Assembly (NCBI RefSeq): GCF_018977255.1
Contig: NW_024704772.1
Location: 1,178,001-1,242,000, forward strand
Reading direction: 5' to 3'
Source: Callorhinchus milii
Lineage: Eukaryota
Length of the DNA stretch: 64,000 nucleotides
Within the stretch, counting starts at the first letter, position 1. Each line of letters opens with the position of its first letter. Positions 12,101-23,919 of this stretch are shown here, one piece after another. The notes beneath the pieces are model-generated. The model saw only the letters and a list, made by a program, of their open reading frames with translations, ran no database searches and was not told the DNA's origin. The translations under genes were made by a program, and so were the position numbers.

Positions 12101-13093
12101 CTGCTCAGTGTAACGAGAGCCGAGGACTGGAAACGATGCAACTTTATAAAGGAAATAAAGTTTTAAAATTGATTTCAACCAAAGGAGGGCAGGGGATGGG
12201 GGACTGTGTGTGGGTGTGGAATGGAGGGGGGGGGGCGTCTATGTTTGGGGATGTGGAGGGATAGGGCTGTGTGTCTCTGGAGATATCTCTGTGGGGAGTG
12301 GGGGAACTCTGTGGAGGGGTGTAATGGGGGTATCCATGTGCCTGTGTTTTTGGAGATGGCTGTCTGTGTGTGAGGCAGTGTATGGGGGGGGGGGGGGGGG
12401 GTTGCTTGTGTCTGTCCGTGTTTGGGGGGCGGGAGGGGGGGTTATGGGGTGTGTATTGGGGTGTCTGTGCGTATATCGGTGTTGGTTGTGGGGGGGGGGT
12501 CGGTGACGATGTCTGTGTGTGTATATGGGGCTGTGAGGTGGGGGGGGTTATGTGGTGTGTATTGCAAGGGGGTGGGTAGGGGGTGCATTGTCTATGTGTG
12601 TATCTCATGGGGGGTAGAGGGGGTGAGGGGGGGTGGAGGGGGTGAGGGGGGGTGGAGGGGGTGAGGGGGGGTAGAGGGGGTGAGGGGGGTAGAGGGGGTG
12701 AGGGGGGGTGGAGGGGGTGAGGGGGGGTGGAGGGGGTGAGGGGGGTAGAGGGGGTGAGGGGGGTAGAGGGGGTGAGGGGGGGGTGGAGGGGGTGAGGGGG
12801 GGTGGAGGGGGTGAGGGGGGTGGAGGGGGTGAGGGGGGTAGAGGGGGTGAGGGGGGTGAGGGGGGTTCGGTTGGGGGTAGAGGGGGTGAGGGGGGGTGGA
12901 GGGGGTGAGGGGGGTTCGGTTGGGGGTAGAGGGGGTGAGGGGGGGTGGAGGGGGTGAGGGGGGTTCGGTTGGGGGTAGAGGGGGTGAGGGGGGGTAGAGG
13001 GGGGTCAGGGCGGCCGCGCGGTCACTCACGGGCCTGGTCTGTCGGGTTCATGAACTTCCCGCTCTTGGTGGAGCTGGTGGATCGCCGCCCCAT
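5234..13093 (-). CDS. WBP11: WW domain-binding protein 11 (splicing factor NpwBP/SIPP1), 11 coding exons
   Basis: Exons 13030-13093 (MGRRSTSSTKSGKFMNPTDQAR), 11228-11259 (KEARKRELKK), 10123-10216, 9470-9666 (QQPQLNEKVLKDKRKKLRETFERILRLYE), 8888-9021, 8209-8408, 7735-7938, 7151-7249 (VRF PP1-binding-like motif), 6369-6635, 5889-6071 and 5234-5640 (ATISAKPQITNPKAEITRFVPTALRVKRE...DDIYESFMKEMEGLL*). All GT-AG and phase-consistent. Confidence 0.97.
6695..7070 (-). mobile_element. SINE (Deu-domain-like) in a WBP11 intron
   Basis: Reverse complement of the attaaagatccca...aagagaaggcagttctc core seen at ~21480; L2-like tail ataattatccttgcattt. Confidence 0.5.
8480..8770 (-). mobile_element. L2-type LINE 3' fragment
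   Basis: Minus-strand frames give RSLRSAGSGLLHVPR and SFSFSAPTLWNSIP, typical of the L2 ORF2 C-terminus. Confidence 0.7.
9060..9402 (-). mobile_element. tRNA-derived SINE with L2-like tail
   Basis: Minus-strand head ggaatcctgtagctcagtggttag...ggttcaattcc (A/B boxes), body gtaggaacccggttgttagt, tail aagcgctttgagacgtc...atgcaag. Confidence 0.75.
11455..11760 (-). mobile_element. tRNA-derived SINE, same family
   Basis: Same tail (ataataatccttgcatttgat...gagacatctcaaagcg) and head (ggtcctctcgcttgcgaggcgagtgctct) motifs. Confidence 0.7.
12610..13010 (+). repeat. G-rich minisatellite, unit about ggggtgaggggggt(a/g)gag, in the intron after the WBP11 start exon
   Basis: Directly visible tandem array. 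Confidence 0.9.
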
Positions 13094-13199
13094 CCTGTGG
13101 CCGCCTCCCGCCCTCCCGCCCCCGGGCTCCCAAACACAGGCTCGGGCTCAGACTCGGGGCCGAGTCTCTCTCTCTCTGTGTCTCTGTCTCCGAGTCTCT

Positions 13200-13280
13200 C
13201 ACTTCAGCGCCGCCATCTTCAGCCCTTAGCAACGACCTCTGACCCCCCACTTCCGCTGCTCCACTTCCGCTCCTTCCAAT
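13200..13280 (-). promoter_or_regulatory. WBP11 CpG-rich promoter and probable non-coding exon 1
   Basis: YY1-type CGCCATCTT at 13211-13219, two ETS/GABP-type CCACTTCCG at 13247-13255 and 13261-13269, donor gtgaga near 13202. Confidence 0.65.
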
Positions 13281-13297
13281 GGCAGTTGTGTCTGTGT

Positions 13298-14275
13298 AGG
13301 GGGGGGTGTGGGGTTGTGTGTGTGGGGGGGTGTGCGTGTGGGGGGGTTGTGTGGGGGGGGGGTTGTGTGTGGTGGGGGGGTTGTGTGTGTGGGGGTTGTG
13401 TGTGTGGGGGTTGTGTGTGTGGGGGTTGTGTGTGTGAGGGGGTTGTGTGTGTGGGGGTTGTGTGTGTGGGGGGGGGTTGNNNNNNNNNNNNNNNNNNNNN
13501 NNNNNNNNNNNNNNNNNNNNNNNNNNNNNNNNNNNNNNNNNNNNNNNNNNNNNNNNNNNNNNNNNNNNNNNNNNNNNNNNNNNNNNNNNNNNNNNNNNNN
13601 NNNNNNNNNNNNNNTGTGTGTGGGGGGGGGTTGTGTGTGGGGGGGGGGTTGTGTGTGGGGGGTTGTGTGTGGGGGGGTTGTGTGGGGGGGTTGTGTGTGT
13701 GGGGGTGTGTGTGTGTGGGGGGGGTTGTGTGTGGGGGGTTGTGTGTGGGGGGGGGTTGTGTGTGGGGGGGTTGTGTATGTGGGGGGGGTTGTGTGTGGGG
13801 GGGGTTGTGTGTGGGGGGGGGGTTGTGTGTGGGGGGGGTTGTNNNNNNNNNNNNNNNNNNNNNNNNNNNNNNNNNNNNNNNNNNNNNNNNNNNNNNNNNN
13901 NNNNNNNNNNNNNNNNNNNNNNNNNNNNNNNNNNNNNNNNNNNNNNNNNNNNNNNNNNNNNNNNNNNNNNNNNGGGGGGGAGTTGTGTGTGTGGGGGGTT
14001 GGGTGTGGGGGTGGTGTTTGGGAGTTGGTTGGGTTTAGGGTGTGGGGTTGGGGAGGAGGTTTCGGGGCTGTGGGGGGGGTTTGAGGGAGTTTGTGAGATG
14101 TGCGGAACTGGGCAGAGGTTTTCAGCTGTGTGTGTGGGGGGGGGTTGTGAGGAAGTTGTGAGGTGGGGTGTTGTGTGGGGGGGGGCGTGTGAGGAAGTTG
14201 TGGGGGGGGTTGTGTGTGTGTGGGGGGGGGCGGGTGAGGAAGTTGTGAGGTGTGGGCTGGGGCGGGGGGGGGTTT
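13298..14275 (+). repeat. GT/G-rich low-complexity tandem repeat (ggggggttgtgtgt)n containing two N gaps
   Basis: Directly visible. Confidence 0.9.
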
Positions 14276-15139
14276 CTCATGGTCCGCTCTTCTCTCAGCG
14301 GCAATAATTCATACACAATCCCAGCATCTCACCCCCACAGCAGACGGCCTCCATTGGGAAGCCAACAGCACCCTAGACTTTTCAGCCCTTCGCTTCACCC
14401 ACGAAACTCAACAGTCACTACACTTGATAGTAAAGCCCCGCGAAGAGCTTTGAGATGTGATAAGGCGCTGTATCCAGTTCTCAGAGTTGGAACATAAGCC
14501 ACTTGCAGCTTGAACCATATCCTACTAACCCCTTAATAGCTTCACACAGGTCTTTCGACCACCTCCCACCTCCCCTCGGAGTCAGGCGCTGCCACTGTTA
14601 AGCGCTCTGAGACCCTACGCTGCGCGGAGGGCGCTACATAAGCGCGAGTTGTTGTCTTTGTTTCCACATTTGTTAAAAGTATCCGCAGTCACTCGGCCTT
14701 TTTTGTTCGTCGAGCATTTCTTATGTTCCTATGTAAGTCTCTGGTCTTCCCCCCCCCCCTCCCCCCGTCTCAAATTCTCTCTTTGTCCCTCGTAGAGGCC
14801 ACTGATCCCACCCTGACACACAGGTATATGCAAACGTCACTTGTGCTTGTTTTGTTTTGACCTTTATGAAAAGATTTGGGATCAACAAGTGGAATATGGT
14901 GGCATCCACCATTCCAGACAGTCACACACGGACAGTGCCTCACCGTTTCAATGTGGTCGTTATAGGTATACACCTCTGTCCTTAGCTCATAGGGAGAAAA
15001 AAAACACAGCGACACTGGAGGGTATTTAAGCCTTAAATATTGTAAGGTGTGGGATGGTGTTTGTAAAATGCTTAAGCTGGCTTCAGTGTTCATGATGTCA
15101 CTGAGCCACGACGCTCAGACTAATCTGTCACAGCGACGT

Positions 15140-18100
15140 TCAGAGTAGAGTAGGTTCATACTGGGGTGCTGTTTGGCCTGGCTGTGCGATCACACTGTGC
15201 GAACCGACGATCGCATAAGTCATACCACCGTCAGCATCTGGCATTAAAGTATTCGATTCCTGAAATGTATGAAAACAAGATCATTAGCAAAATAAACAAA
15301 ATAATTAACATCCACTGGACTGGCTCCAGCTTCCTGCATGTCCATTGGTGGCCACGCTTTCAGCCATTATGCTGTTTAGACTTCTTCACAACACATTAGT
15401 TCTTGAGTTTATTTTGACTTTAGTTAGTACTTGTGATATATTAGCCTCTGCAGTAAGCCCAGATATAGCCTTTGTTGACATACTTTCAGAAATACCTTTG
15501 CTGTAAAGTGATACATACCCTCTGTGGTGGGAGAGGGACGGTCCTGTGTGTCATCTAAACAAACCAAAAAAACAGAGCAGCAGTTAGGTGTTTCCACAGT
15601 GCACATCGGAAAAGAAAGTGTGACGTCAGAACGATTCCTAAATTTGTCATTTGCTGGGTTGAATCTGCTCTTCCCACAGCTTGGTAACACAGCCTCGTCT
15701 GGTCTGCTTCCTGTAGTCTCAGAGGGCACCTTATCGAGGAGCCAAGATCCTAATCGAGATTGAGAACCTGGAACAATACTTTAGGGACACACACGAGACA
15801 GCAGAACAAGAGAGCAGGTTAAGAAGCTGCAAGAGGGGAAATTTCAGGACGGACAACAGAAAGGTTGTCTTTACGCAGAGGGGAATTAACGGGTTGGCCA
15901 GAAAGGGTAGTTGAGGCTGTTTAAAAACACAGCTGGACGCTGGGATGGTGGAGACGGCAGAGAAGGAGTTCTGGAGGGATGAGATCAGATGGGCCGAAGG
16001 GGCTTTCTCCAGGTTGCACCGCGATATTTTATGATATCCAAGCAAGGAAGATGAAGACTAGAGGAAGGGCATGTGATTGTTAATGTGAATTGAAAAAATT
16101 CTTCATTTAACTCACACATTGGGATACTGTTGGTTCTATATTGTTGTCCTCCAGAGTCGGACCTACAAGAAAGAAATTGTCTTAATATTAAGCATTACAC
16201 TAGTTTACTAAGGTAGTTTCTGTCTCCCGGTGTCCTGGCCCACAACCCCACAGGTAAAATTGGTCGTTCACTTCACAGCTGTTTTCGGGGCTTTGCTGTG
16301 CGCAAATCAACTGGTTGTTTGCCCACAAAACACGCAGTCACTACTCTTCACAACACTTTTAGATGTTTTAACTGGGTAACAAGGCTCAATGTCCAATATG
16401 AGTTTTTTTTACAAGTTATTTCAATCCCACGCGAGCTGTCATTGAGGAGTTTTAAATAAATAAAATAAACCCGAGTGGAGGAAAACATACAGATTTCGCC
16501 ACAAAATACACAGTCAATTCACTTTACAGTTTATTCTGTGATGCGCTTTGAGCTGTCTCCAGAATGGAATATTTAGACTAATATTTACCTGCCATCTTGT
16601 CTGCTTGCTTTAACTGCAAAGAAACAACAATAGTTTAAAGTACTCTTTAAATGTGTTTATGCCCACCTCCCACCTCCTCCCATCAAGTCAGTATCCCTGA
16701 CAGTCAAAATCCTGCGGTGCATTTTGAGATGGTTTGATGATGTGATAAACCACGAGATCGAATACAAAGATGCTTCAACTCTCACTAATTACCCCTGGCC
16801 TTGCTGCCGACTGACGCTGAACGATTCAACCCAGCATCAATGAGGGCGTACATCACGTGGCTAATGAATTTTTGTACAACTTGCCTATTCCGTTCACCTA
16901 CCTTTCTTCAGCAGGCACAGCCACGCCATTCCAATAAGGAGGAGGAGGAGTATTACTCCAGCAGAGGCTATGCCAGCTGCTAGCGGGACATGAGAAGCTG
17001 TTGAAGAGAGAGAGAGAGAGAGATTAATGATCGGGATTACTCAGTGAGTGTTGGCCTGTTTTGCCTGCAGTCGCTTCACTTTACAGTAAACTTTGCATTT
17101 AATTTGCGCCTTATCATCATAATAATAATCCTTGCATTTGATACAGCGCTTTTCATGTCTTCTCGACGTCTCAAAGTACTTCACAGAATATGCTGTAAAG
17201 TGAATTAACCGTATGATTGTGGGCGAAACGCGGCGGCCAATTGCACACAGCAGTGTCCTACAAATGGTGGATTGAGTGACCAAATTAGAATTTTTTCGGG
17301 AGGGATTATAACCCCCAGAAAAGCTATCCTCTAATCAACTAACAACTGGGTTCCTACTTACTGCTAGGTAAACAACAACAACAACAACAAAATCAGACTT
17401 GTAAAGCGCCTTTCACGTCGGGAGGACGTCCCAAGGCGCTGGACAGACAAGAGTTACGGACCCGAGCTGAGGGTCGGGGTGGAGGAGTGGGGGAAGCTTG
17501 GAGATAGAAAGCACCGTCGAAGAGGAGGGTCTTGAGGTGGATCTTGAAGATGGCGAGGGAGGGGGCGAGATGGAGGGACTGCGGGAAGGAGTTCGAGAGG
17601 GTGTGTGCAGAGTGGTGGAAGACCCACCCGCCGATAGTGGGGCGAGCGAGGCGGGGGACGTGAAGCAGGCCGGAGCCCGCTGAGCGGAGGGAGCGAACAG
17701 GGTGGTAGGGGGTTAGGAGGTCAGAAAGGTAGGGGGGAGCAAGACAGAGGAGTGTGGAGAAAAGAAACTTGCCTAAGGTTTCACCCCGCCCAGGAATCAA
17801 ACTCAGGTCCTCTCGCTTGCAAGGCGAGCGTACTAACCACCACACTATGGGACTCCACATAAATCCTTTGAAGCGCTTTGGGATGCCCTCCCAACATGAG
17901 AGACGCTGTACAAGTATAAATTGTGTAGTATGTAGCAGCGGCAACAACATTCAGTAACAAAATGGAGTAACAGTAATAATGATAATAATCCTTGCATTTG
18001 ATATAGCGCCTTATCACGTCTTCGAGACATCTCAAAACTTTGCAGGATTAATTGTGGATGATACAGTTTGCAGTAACAGTAACACACTCCAGACTTCCCT

Positions 18101-21100
18101 AAGCTGTTCGATTTCTAAAGGGTGAGATCGTGTAACATTCTGGTACTGAGCCCTGAGTGCAAAGTAGCTATGATTACTTATTACTGCCTCAGTATAACTA
18201 ACCATCTCCCCAGCTGTTGTTTCCAGGCCACAGCAGAACCCATCTCTCGTGGTGACCAGCGCGCTCACAAGGCAGAGCAAAGGGACACGGATGTTAAAGG
18301 TTCAACCAGCCGTCTTGTGAACTGAATTTGCAGACAGCAGTGTGCGAACGAGAGAAGTGTGGGCATAAACATGGAGAGCAGTGGAAGAGAAGCCAAGGGC
18401 TCACTGACCTTTCAGGATGATGTCCACCTTGGCACTGGATTCAGACAGTATGGATCCTTCAACCTCGTACAGGCAATGGTAAGTCCCTTCATCTGACATG
18501 TTGATTTGTTTGATGGTGAAAACGAGTTGTTTTTCTTTGCTGTCTACACTATGCTTCACCTTCCCGTCTTTGTATAAACGAAATTGCATTACACGTTGTG
18601 TCTGTGCGGGAGCTTTGCAGGTGAATTGAACGGTGTCCCCTGGTGTTGCAGAGTCTGGCGAGGGCCTGGTAGACAGGATGGGCTGTGAGGGCTGTTCTGA
18701 AACAAGATGATTGAAGAAATCATGTGCATTTACTCCTCAACACCTCCCTCATCCCCTCTGTTCCACCATCGGCGGCTGTGCTTCCAGCCACAGCACTCCG
18801 TAACTCTGGAACTCTCTGCCTGAATCCCACTCCCCCACCCCTCTCCTTCACTACCTTCTGTCCTCAGATCACGACTGAAGACATCGCTCTTTTTGACCAT
18901 TTCTTTCAGCAGATTTGAGTTGTTATCACTCAGGCTGTGATTGAAATGGCTCACAGCCAGCGATTCCGCACTTGAAGCATTGTCGGACTCTACGCTGTGT
19001 GAGGGGCGCTATCCAAATGCAAGTTGTTGTTGTTGTTTGGCCCAGGGCCCTGTTTCCACCGTGTCCAAATTTGCAATTTCTGCACAGTTTGTCAAAATGT
19101 CTCACAGCGCTTCGCAGGCTTTTACTGTCATGTGTAGTGACTGTGTGTTTTGTAAGTGCCGGGCGTACAACATCAGGCCTCTGTTGCCTCAAAGGAACCT
19201 TGGCAAACAGGCACAGGAAGAGGCCATTCAACTCGCTGTCACTGAGCCTATTCTGTCAGATCTTTTAATCCCATTTCCCTGCCCAACCCCTTACTGTGGT
19301 TGCAACACTAAAAGATTGCAGTTCCTGGGTTTGTTTCACACACACTAACCTTCTGCGGCCAATTGTTTTACACCCATTATTTGAACTGGAAGAGAAAATA
19401 AAACATCACGATTACAATGAGAAGAATTACAGACAAATTAGACAATTACAGATCACAACCATGTTGTGCAGGAGCCACAGCCTGGCTCTGCGGCTTTGGA
19501 CAGTAAAGCTGGCCTTACCATGGGAGAGAGAAAAGAGCTGGGACTGGGAACGAAGGGCTTGTGGAGTCCTGTAGCCCAGTGGTTAGTGCACTTGCCTTGC
19601 AAGCGAGAGGACCCGGGTTATCCTGGGTAGGATGAAAAGTTAGTCAAGTTTCCTTCCATACACATGCTTCACTTAGTCAATTGGCAGATCACTTTCTGGG
19701 TCAGTAATAATCCTTCCAAAAACAAAATTTGATCACTCAATCCACGATTGTTTGTGGGACACTGCTGTGAGCATTTGGCTGTTGCGTTTCGCCCACAAAA
19801 TCCACTTCACAAATTATTCTGTGAAGCTTTGAGATGTCTCAAAGACGTGATAAGACGCTATATCAAATGCAAGAGTTATTATTACTATTGTAGGTGGGAG
19901 AGAAGGTACACTGTGGCAGGATGAATGTCAGATACAGAGAACACCTCTGATCTATACCTCAACTCCAATTGGCCGCCTTTGCCCCATATCCCTTAATACT
20001 CTTACACACAAAACCACAAATTGCATTTATATAGCACTCTGCACACAGGGGAGATACCTAACAAACATCTATCCACCTCAGTCAGTTTGAAAGGATCCAG
20101 CATCCACAGCCTTTTGGGGGTGGTACAGAGTTCCAGATATCCACTCCCCTTTGCATGAAAAAATTGCTTCCAATAAAAAATTTGATTTAACAACAGCCCC
20201 TTGCAGTCAGGCCAGTCCTTCCACTGCAACCATCCAGTCCTACCCCAATTTCCTCTACGTCTTTGTAATACTCCCCTTCAAAACAGTGGCAAGCTGTGTG
20301 GTTTTAGCTGGTTAGACTCCAGCAGTTTCCCCCAATGCACACTCTGGGCTCTCCCCCCCCCACTCCGCCCCCAGCCTTGGCTCTCGCCAACCTGCGCCTA
20401 ATACTCTCCGGAATTAGGTAACTAGGAAGAGTCCTTCCAGGGAGAGAGAGAGAAGAGCGCATTCCATTCCAACAATCTATCTCTGGGGTCTCGATGTGTA
20501 GGTGGGACGCGTGGAATTCTCAGCCTGGTTTGGAGACTCTTTTATATTATTATTATTAAGTATGGAAATGGGTTTTCGCATATGTCAGACAGACACCTAC
20601 ATGACCAAAGAAAAATTTCAGCTCTCAGAATTCCTTGTGGGTGTCTCGTCATGTCTTTCAAAAGACCTGAATTTGAAGGATAAAGGGACCACCATCAGTT
20701 TTTAAGCCTTCAGTCTCTCTCAGTTTCAGTCTAATTTTTTTTTCAGCGACAGTATAAAAGAGGATATAAACCACTCACTCACCGGCTACCAGAATAACAG
20801 CAAAGAAAAGCATCGTCAGGTCTGATGCTGGCATGAAACTTGAGGCGCACACGACAAAGTGAGATGGCGGTTCCCTTGCTCTTGTGAAATACCCTATTGT
20901 TTACTCTCCCCCGATGACGGGCTCCTTCTGTGATTCTGGAAACGGACCCTGCTTCCTCTTAAATCAGGCGTTTCACAACCAACTGCAAATTCAGACAATC
21001 AGCAGGAAATATCTTGGTGTGAAATCGCCTTATACCTTACGCTGGACCAGCCTCTCAAACCCACCTGCTCCCCCATTCTATGAAACCATGGCCGATCAGT

Positions 21101-21789
21101 ACCTCAGCTCCATTCACCCTTTTCTCCATCTATAATAACAACAATAATAATAATGATCCTTGCATTTGATATAGCGCCTTATCATGTCGTCGAGGCATCT
21201 CAAAGAGCTTCGTGATTAAATTTTAATGATTAAAATACCATCAACAAGGATCAGTGTAAATTGTGAGACAAATATTATGAGGTGTGTGGGGATGAGGTTC
21301 AGTGTCTTTAACCACACGGTCCCTCAGCTTCTGGGTCAGAAGGTTGTGGGTTCAAGCCCCACATTGGGATTTCAACCCACATCATCCAGACTGACACTCC
21401 AGAGCATTGTTGGGGAGGAGAGTTGTATTGTTGGGTTTGAAAGGCACAAGAGAAATGTCATTTTCTGTCGTTAAGGACATTAAAGATCCCACAGCGCTAC
21501 TTGAAAAGAGAAGGGAGTTTCCTCACTCTCCTGGTGTCTGGGTCAACAATCCCCCAAATAAAATCACTCATTCAATTCATGGCTGTTTGCAGCTTTGTCA
21601 CTGTGTGCAAATTGGCTGCCGTGTTCACCTACAAAAAACACAGTCACTGCACTTTACAGTGAATCCTCTGTAGCTCTCTGGGACGTCCTCCCGATTTGAA
21701 AGGTGCTGCATCAAACATTATTGTAATCCGCAGGAGACTTCAGAAAGACAACACTCACCGACCGCAGAAAGGATGATAAACAGCGACAT
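15140..21789 (-). CDS. Single-Ig-domain type I membrane receptor, LAIR/VSTM1/LILR (leukocyte receptor complex)-like, probably inhibitory
   Basis: Leader exon 21759-21789 (MSLFIILSAV) or 20783-20813 (MLFFAVILVA); 36-nt mini-exon 19350-19385 (VQIMGVKQLAAE); Ig exon 18409-18696 (QPSQPILSTRP...GDTVQFTCKA...FRLYKDG...FTIKQINMSDEGTYHCLYE...SESSAKVDIILK); TM exon 16902-16997 (ASHVPLAAGIASAGVILLLLLIGMAWLCLLKK); tail exons 16589-16613, 16116-16162, 15519-15554, tentative 15431-15447, last 15140-15259 (…GGMTYAIV…). Confidence 0.8.
15770..16020 (+). mobile_element. CR1-type LINE 3' fragment
   Basis: Degenerate aatttcaggacggacaacagaaagg...tttacgcagaggg ORF2 end and tail gatgggccgaagggg. Confidence 0.55.
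17115..17857 (-). mobile_element. tRNA-SINE (head ~17755-17857, body and tail ~17115-17372) interrupted by an L2 3' fragment (~17375-17752)
   Basis: Minus-strand translation LAPPYLSDLLTPYHPVRSLRSAGSGLLHVPRL...FKIHLKTLLF is an L2 ORF2 C-terminus; it is flanked by the two halves of the SINE. Confidence 0.75.
19563..19890 (+). mobile_element. tRNA-derived SINE, near full length
   Basis: Head ggagtcctgtagcccagtggttagtgcacttgccttgcaagcgagaggacccgggtt; tail tatatcaaatgcaagagttattatt. Confidence 0.75.
21320..21722 (+). mobile_element. Deu-domain-like SINE
   Basis: tcagaaggttgtgggttcaagcccca B-box head; ttaaagatcccacagcgctacttgaaaagagaaggg...ggtgtctgggtcaac core; L2-like tail. Confidence 0.55.
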
Positions 21790-23919
21790 CGTCCTTCGAG
21801 TGTGAGGGGAGTTGACGGCTGAATGTGTCTAACTTTCCAAAAGCGGCCCCCAAAATGATCGATCAATGTATTTCAGCAAACCTCCAGCCACGCACAGGGT
21901 AGGTTGATTTTAAAGTCTCCTCCGAAGGCAATGCTGCTGTCTCTCCTTCCAGTACTGCGCTGCAGCGTTAGCTCAAAGTCCCCCCAAAGTTGGGGCTCAG
22001 AACCTACAACCTTCTGACTCAAAGGTGATAGAGCCAGAACCCGAGCCAGTGGTTGAGCTCAAACCTATGAGAAACATCCAGGTTTAGACCTGACCAGGAT
22101 GGGTGATCAGTATTTTGCAACTCCAGGAAGTGACACACATCCCCAGGAATTTCATCACCAAACCGCTGAATTGCGGGGGACGGGATGGGGAGAATGGGCA
22201 GCAGGGGGAACGGTGTCAGGATGGTTTATTATAGGGGAGGCCGGAGGAGGGGGTGGGGGTGTAGTGTGTGGTCAAACTTGTGATGTGATGTTCGTCACCG
22301 GTGATAATTATTGCATCCCGGGACGCTTTGCCCCATCCGTCCAGGCAGTGTCTGCCTGTGTGTATGTGTGGGGGTGTAGGGATTGCAGGGGGGTTGGTGG
22401 GTGTGGTGGGGTGGTTATGTGACGGTGTGTGGGGGTGGTGGGGGGGTAGTCTACGTTGTCAGAGACACTGCTGTGCGGATTCTCGCAGTTGTTTTATTAA
22501 ATATTAGGTGTGTGTATGTCTGCGTTGCACAACGACAGGGTGGAAAATTGTGAGACCTTGCGTGTGCTGACGGATGGGCCCTAATGGACCCTTTGATAAA
22601 ACGGGGGAACTTGCTCTGTTTTACCTTTTCCTCAATCTTGTGGCTGAGGTGGCAGAGAGAGCTGAGCGTGACCACTGGTCGGGGAATGACATAGTGGAAA
22701 TGGCATTGCATTCTGTAGCTCCCTATTTGTCTCAGCCTTTGGCTGCCGCGTTTCGCCCACTAAATGTACAGTCAATTCATTTGCACTGTATTCTCTGAGG
22801 CGCTTTGAGACGTCTCGAAAAGACGCTGTATCAAATGCAAGGATTTTTACTAGTATTATTATTATTATTAGCCTGTGCCTCAGACGGTTGCACTCAAGCC
22901 TCTGAGAATATAGGAACAGGAGGAGGCCAGTCAGGCCTTTGAATGAGATATTGGCTGTCGTTTTCCCCTACAAAATAGACACTTGACAGTGAATCCTGCG
23001 ATGGTCTGGTTTTCCTTGGGACCTCTGTCAAGCATTGCCAAGGCTGAAAACTGGCCTTAGAAACCGCAGCACAAATATACATTAAGTGGATTGAAGCTCT
23101 CTTCTTCCCTATCCAGCCCAATGTGCCTCACAGCTGCCCTTTGATCATACAATGCTTCCAGCTGTGTCCAAATTGCCTCCAGGATTGGTCTGGCCTACAA
23201 AACAGGTTGGAGGGAGTGGAGGGCTTGAACCCAAAACCTTCTGACTCAAGAGACGAGAGTGCTACCAACTGAGCCAGGCTCATAAGAATAATCCTTGCAT
23301 TTGATTATGTCTTTGAAACGTCTCAAAGTGCTTCACAGAGTATATTGTAAAGTGAATTGACTATATATTTTCTGGGCGAAAAGTGGCAGCCAATTGCACA
23401 AACAGCAGTGGTCCCACAAACAGTCCTGGATTGAGTGACCAAATTATTATTATATATACTTTTTGTGATAATGCATTGGAACTGAGACTGAACTCAACTG
23501 CCAGTGAGGGTCTAAATCTACAATCCGCTGATCCAGAGGAGAGAGAGAGAGAAAGAGAGTGACTGAGCCAAAGGGGTGTGTGTGTGGCGGGGGTGGGATT
23601 ATAAACTCCGTTGGAAACACAGAATGAAGTGCTCCCTGGCTTAAGCAGGATCAAGCCATCTCCCCGTTTCCCCTAGTCCTGACCTCAGGCCTGCGTTACA
23701 CACACAGATCTGCTTCTCATCTGATGCACAGCACAAGCCGTTGTGGGCACATGTGATAAACATTCTGTCAGTGTATAACTCATGTATACAGTGCGAAGCC
23801 AGGAATGTAATGTCTGATGTGATGGGCTCCATCTGACTCCCAGCCCATCTGGTAATGTTTAAGACAATGTGTGTTGTCGCAACGAAAGCACCAGCGACTG
23901 CCACATTTTTACATTCGTA

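Noticed and set aside
13097-14307. Cys/Val/Gly-rich ORFs resembling keratin-associated proteins
   Set aside because: They are translations of a GT-rich satellite that spans N gaps.
18032-18280. ORF between the Ig and TM exons as a possible stalk exon
   Set aside because: I found no convincing splice-site pair, and the Ig and TM exons already join in phase.
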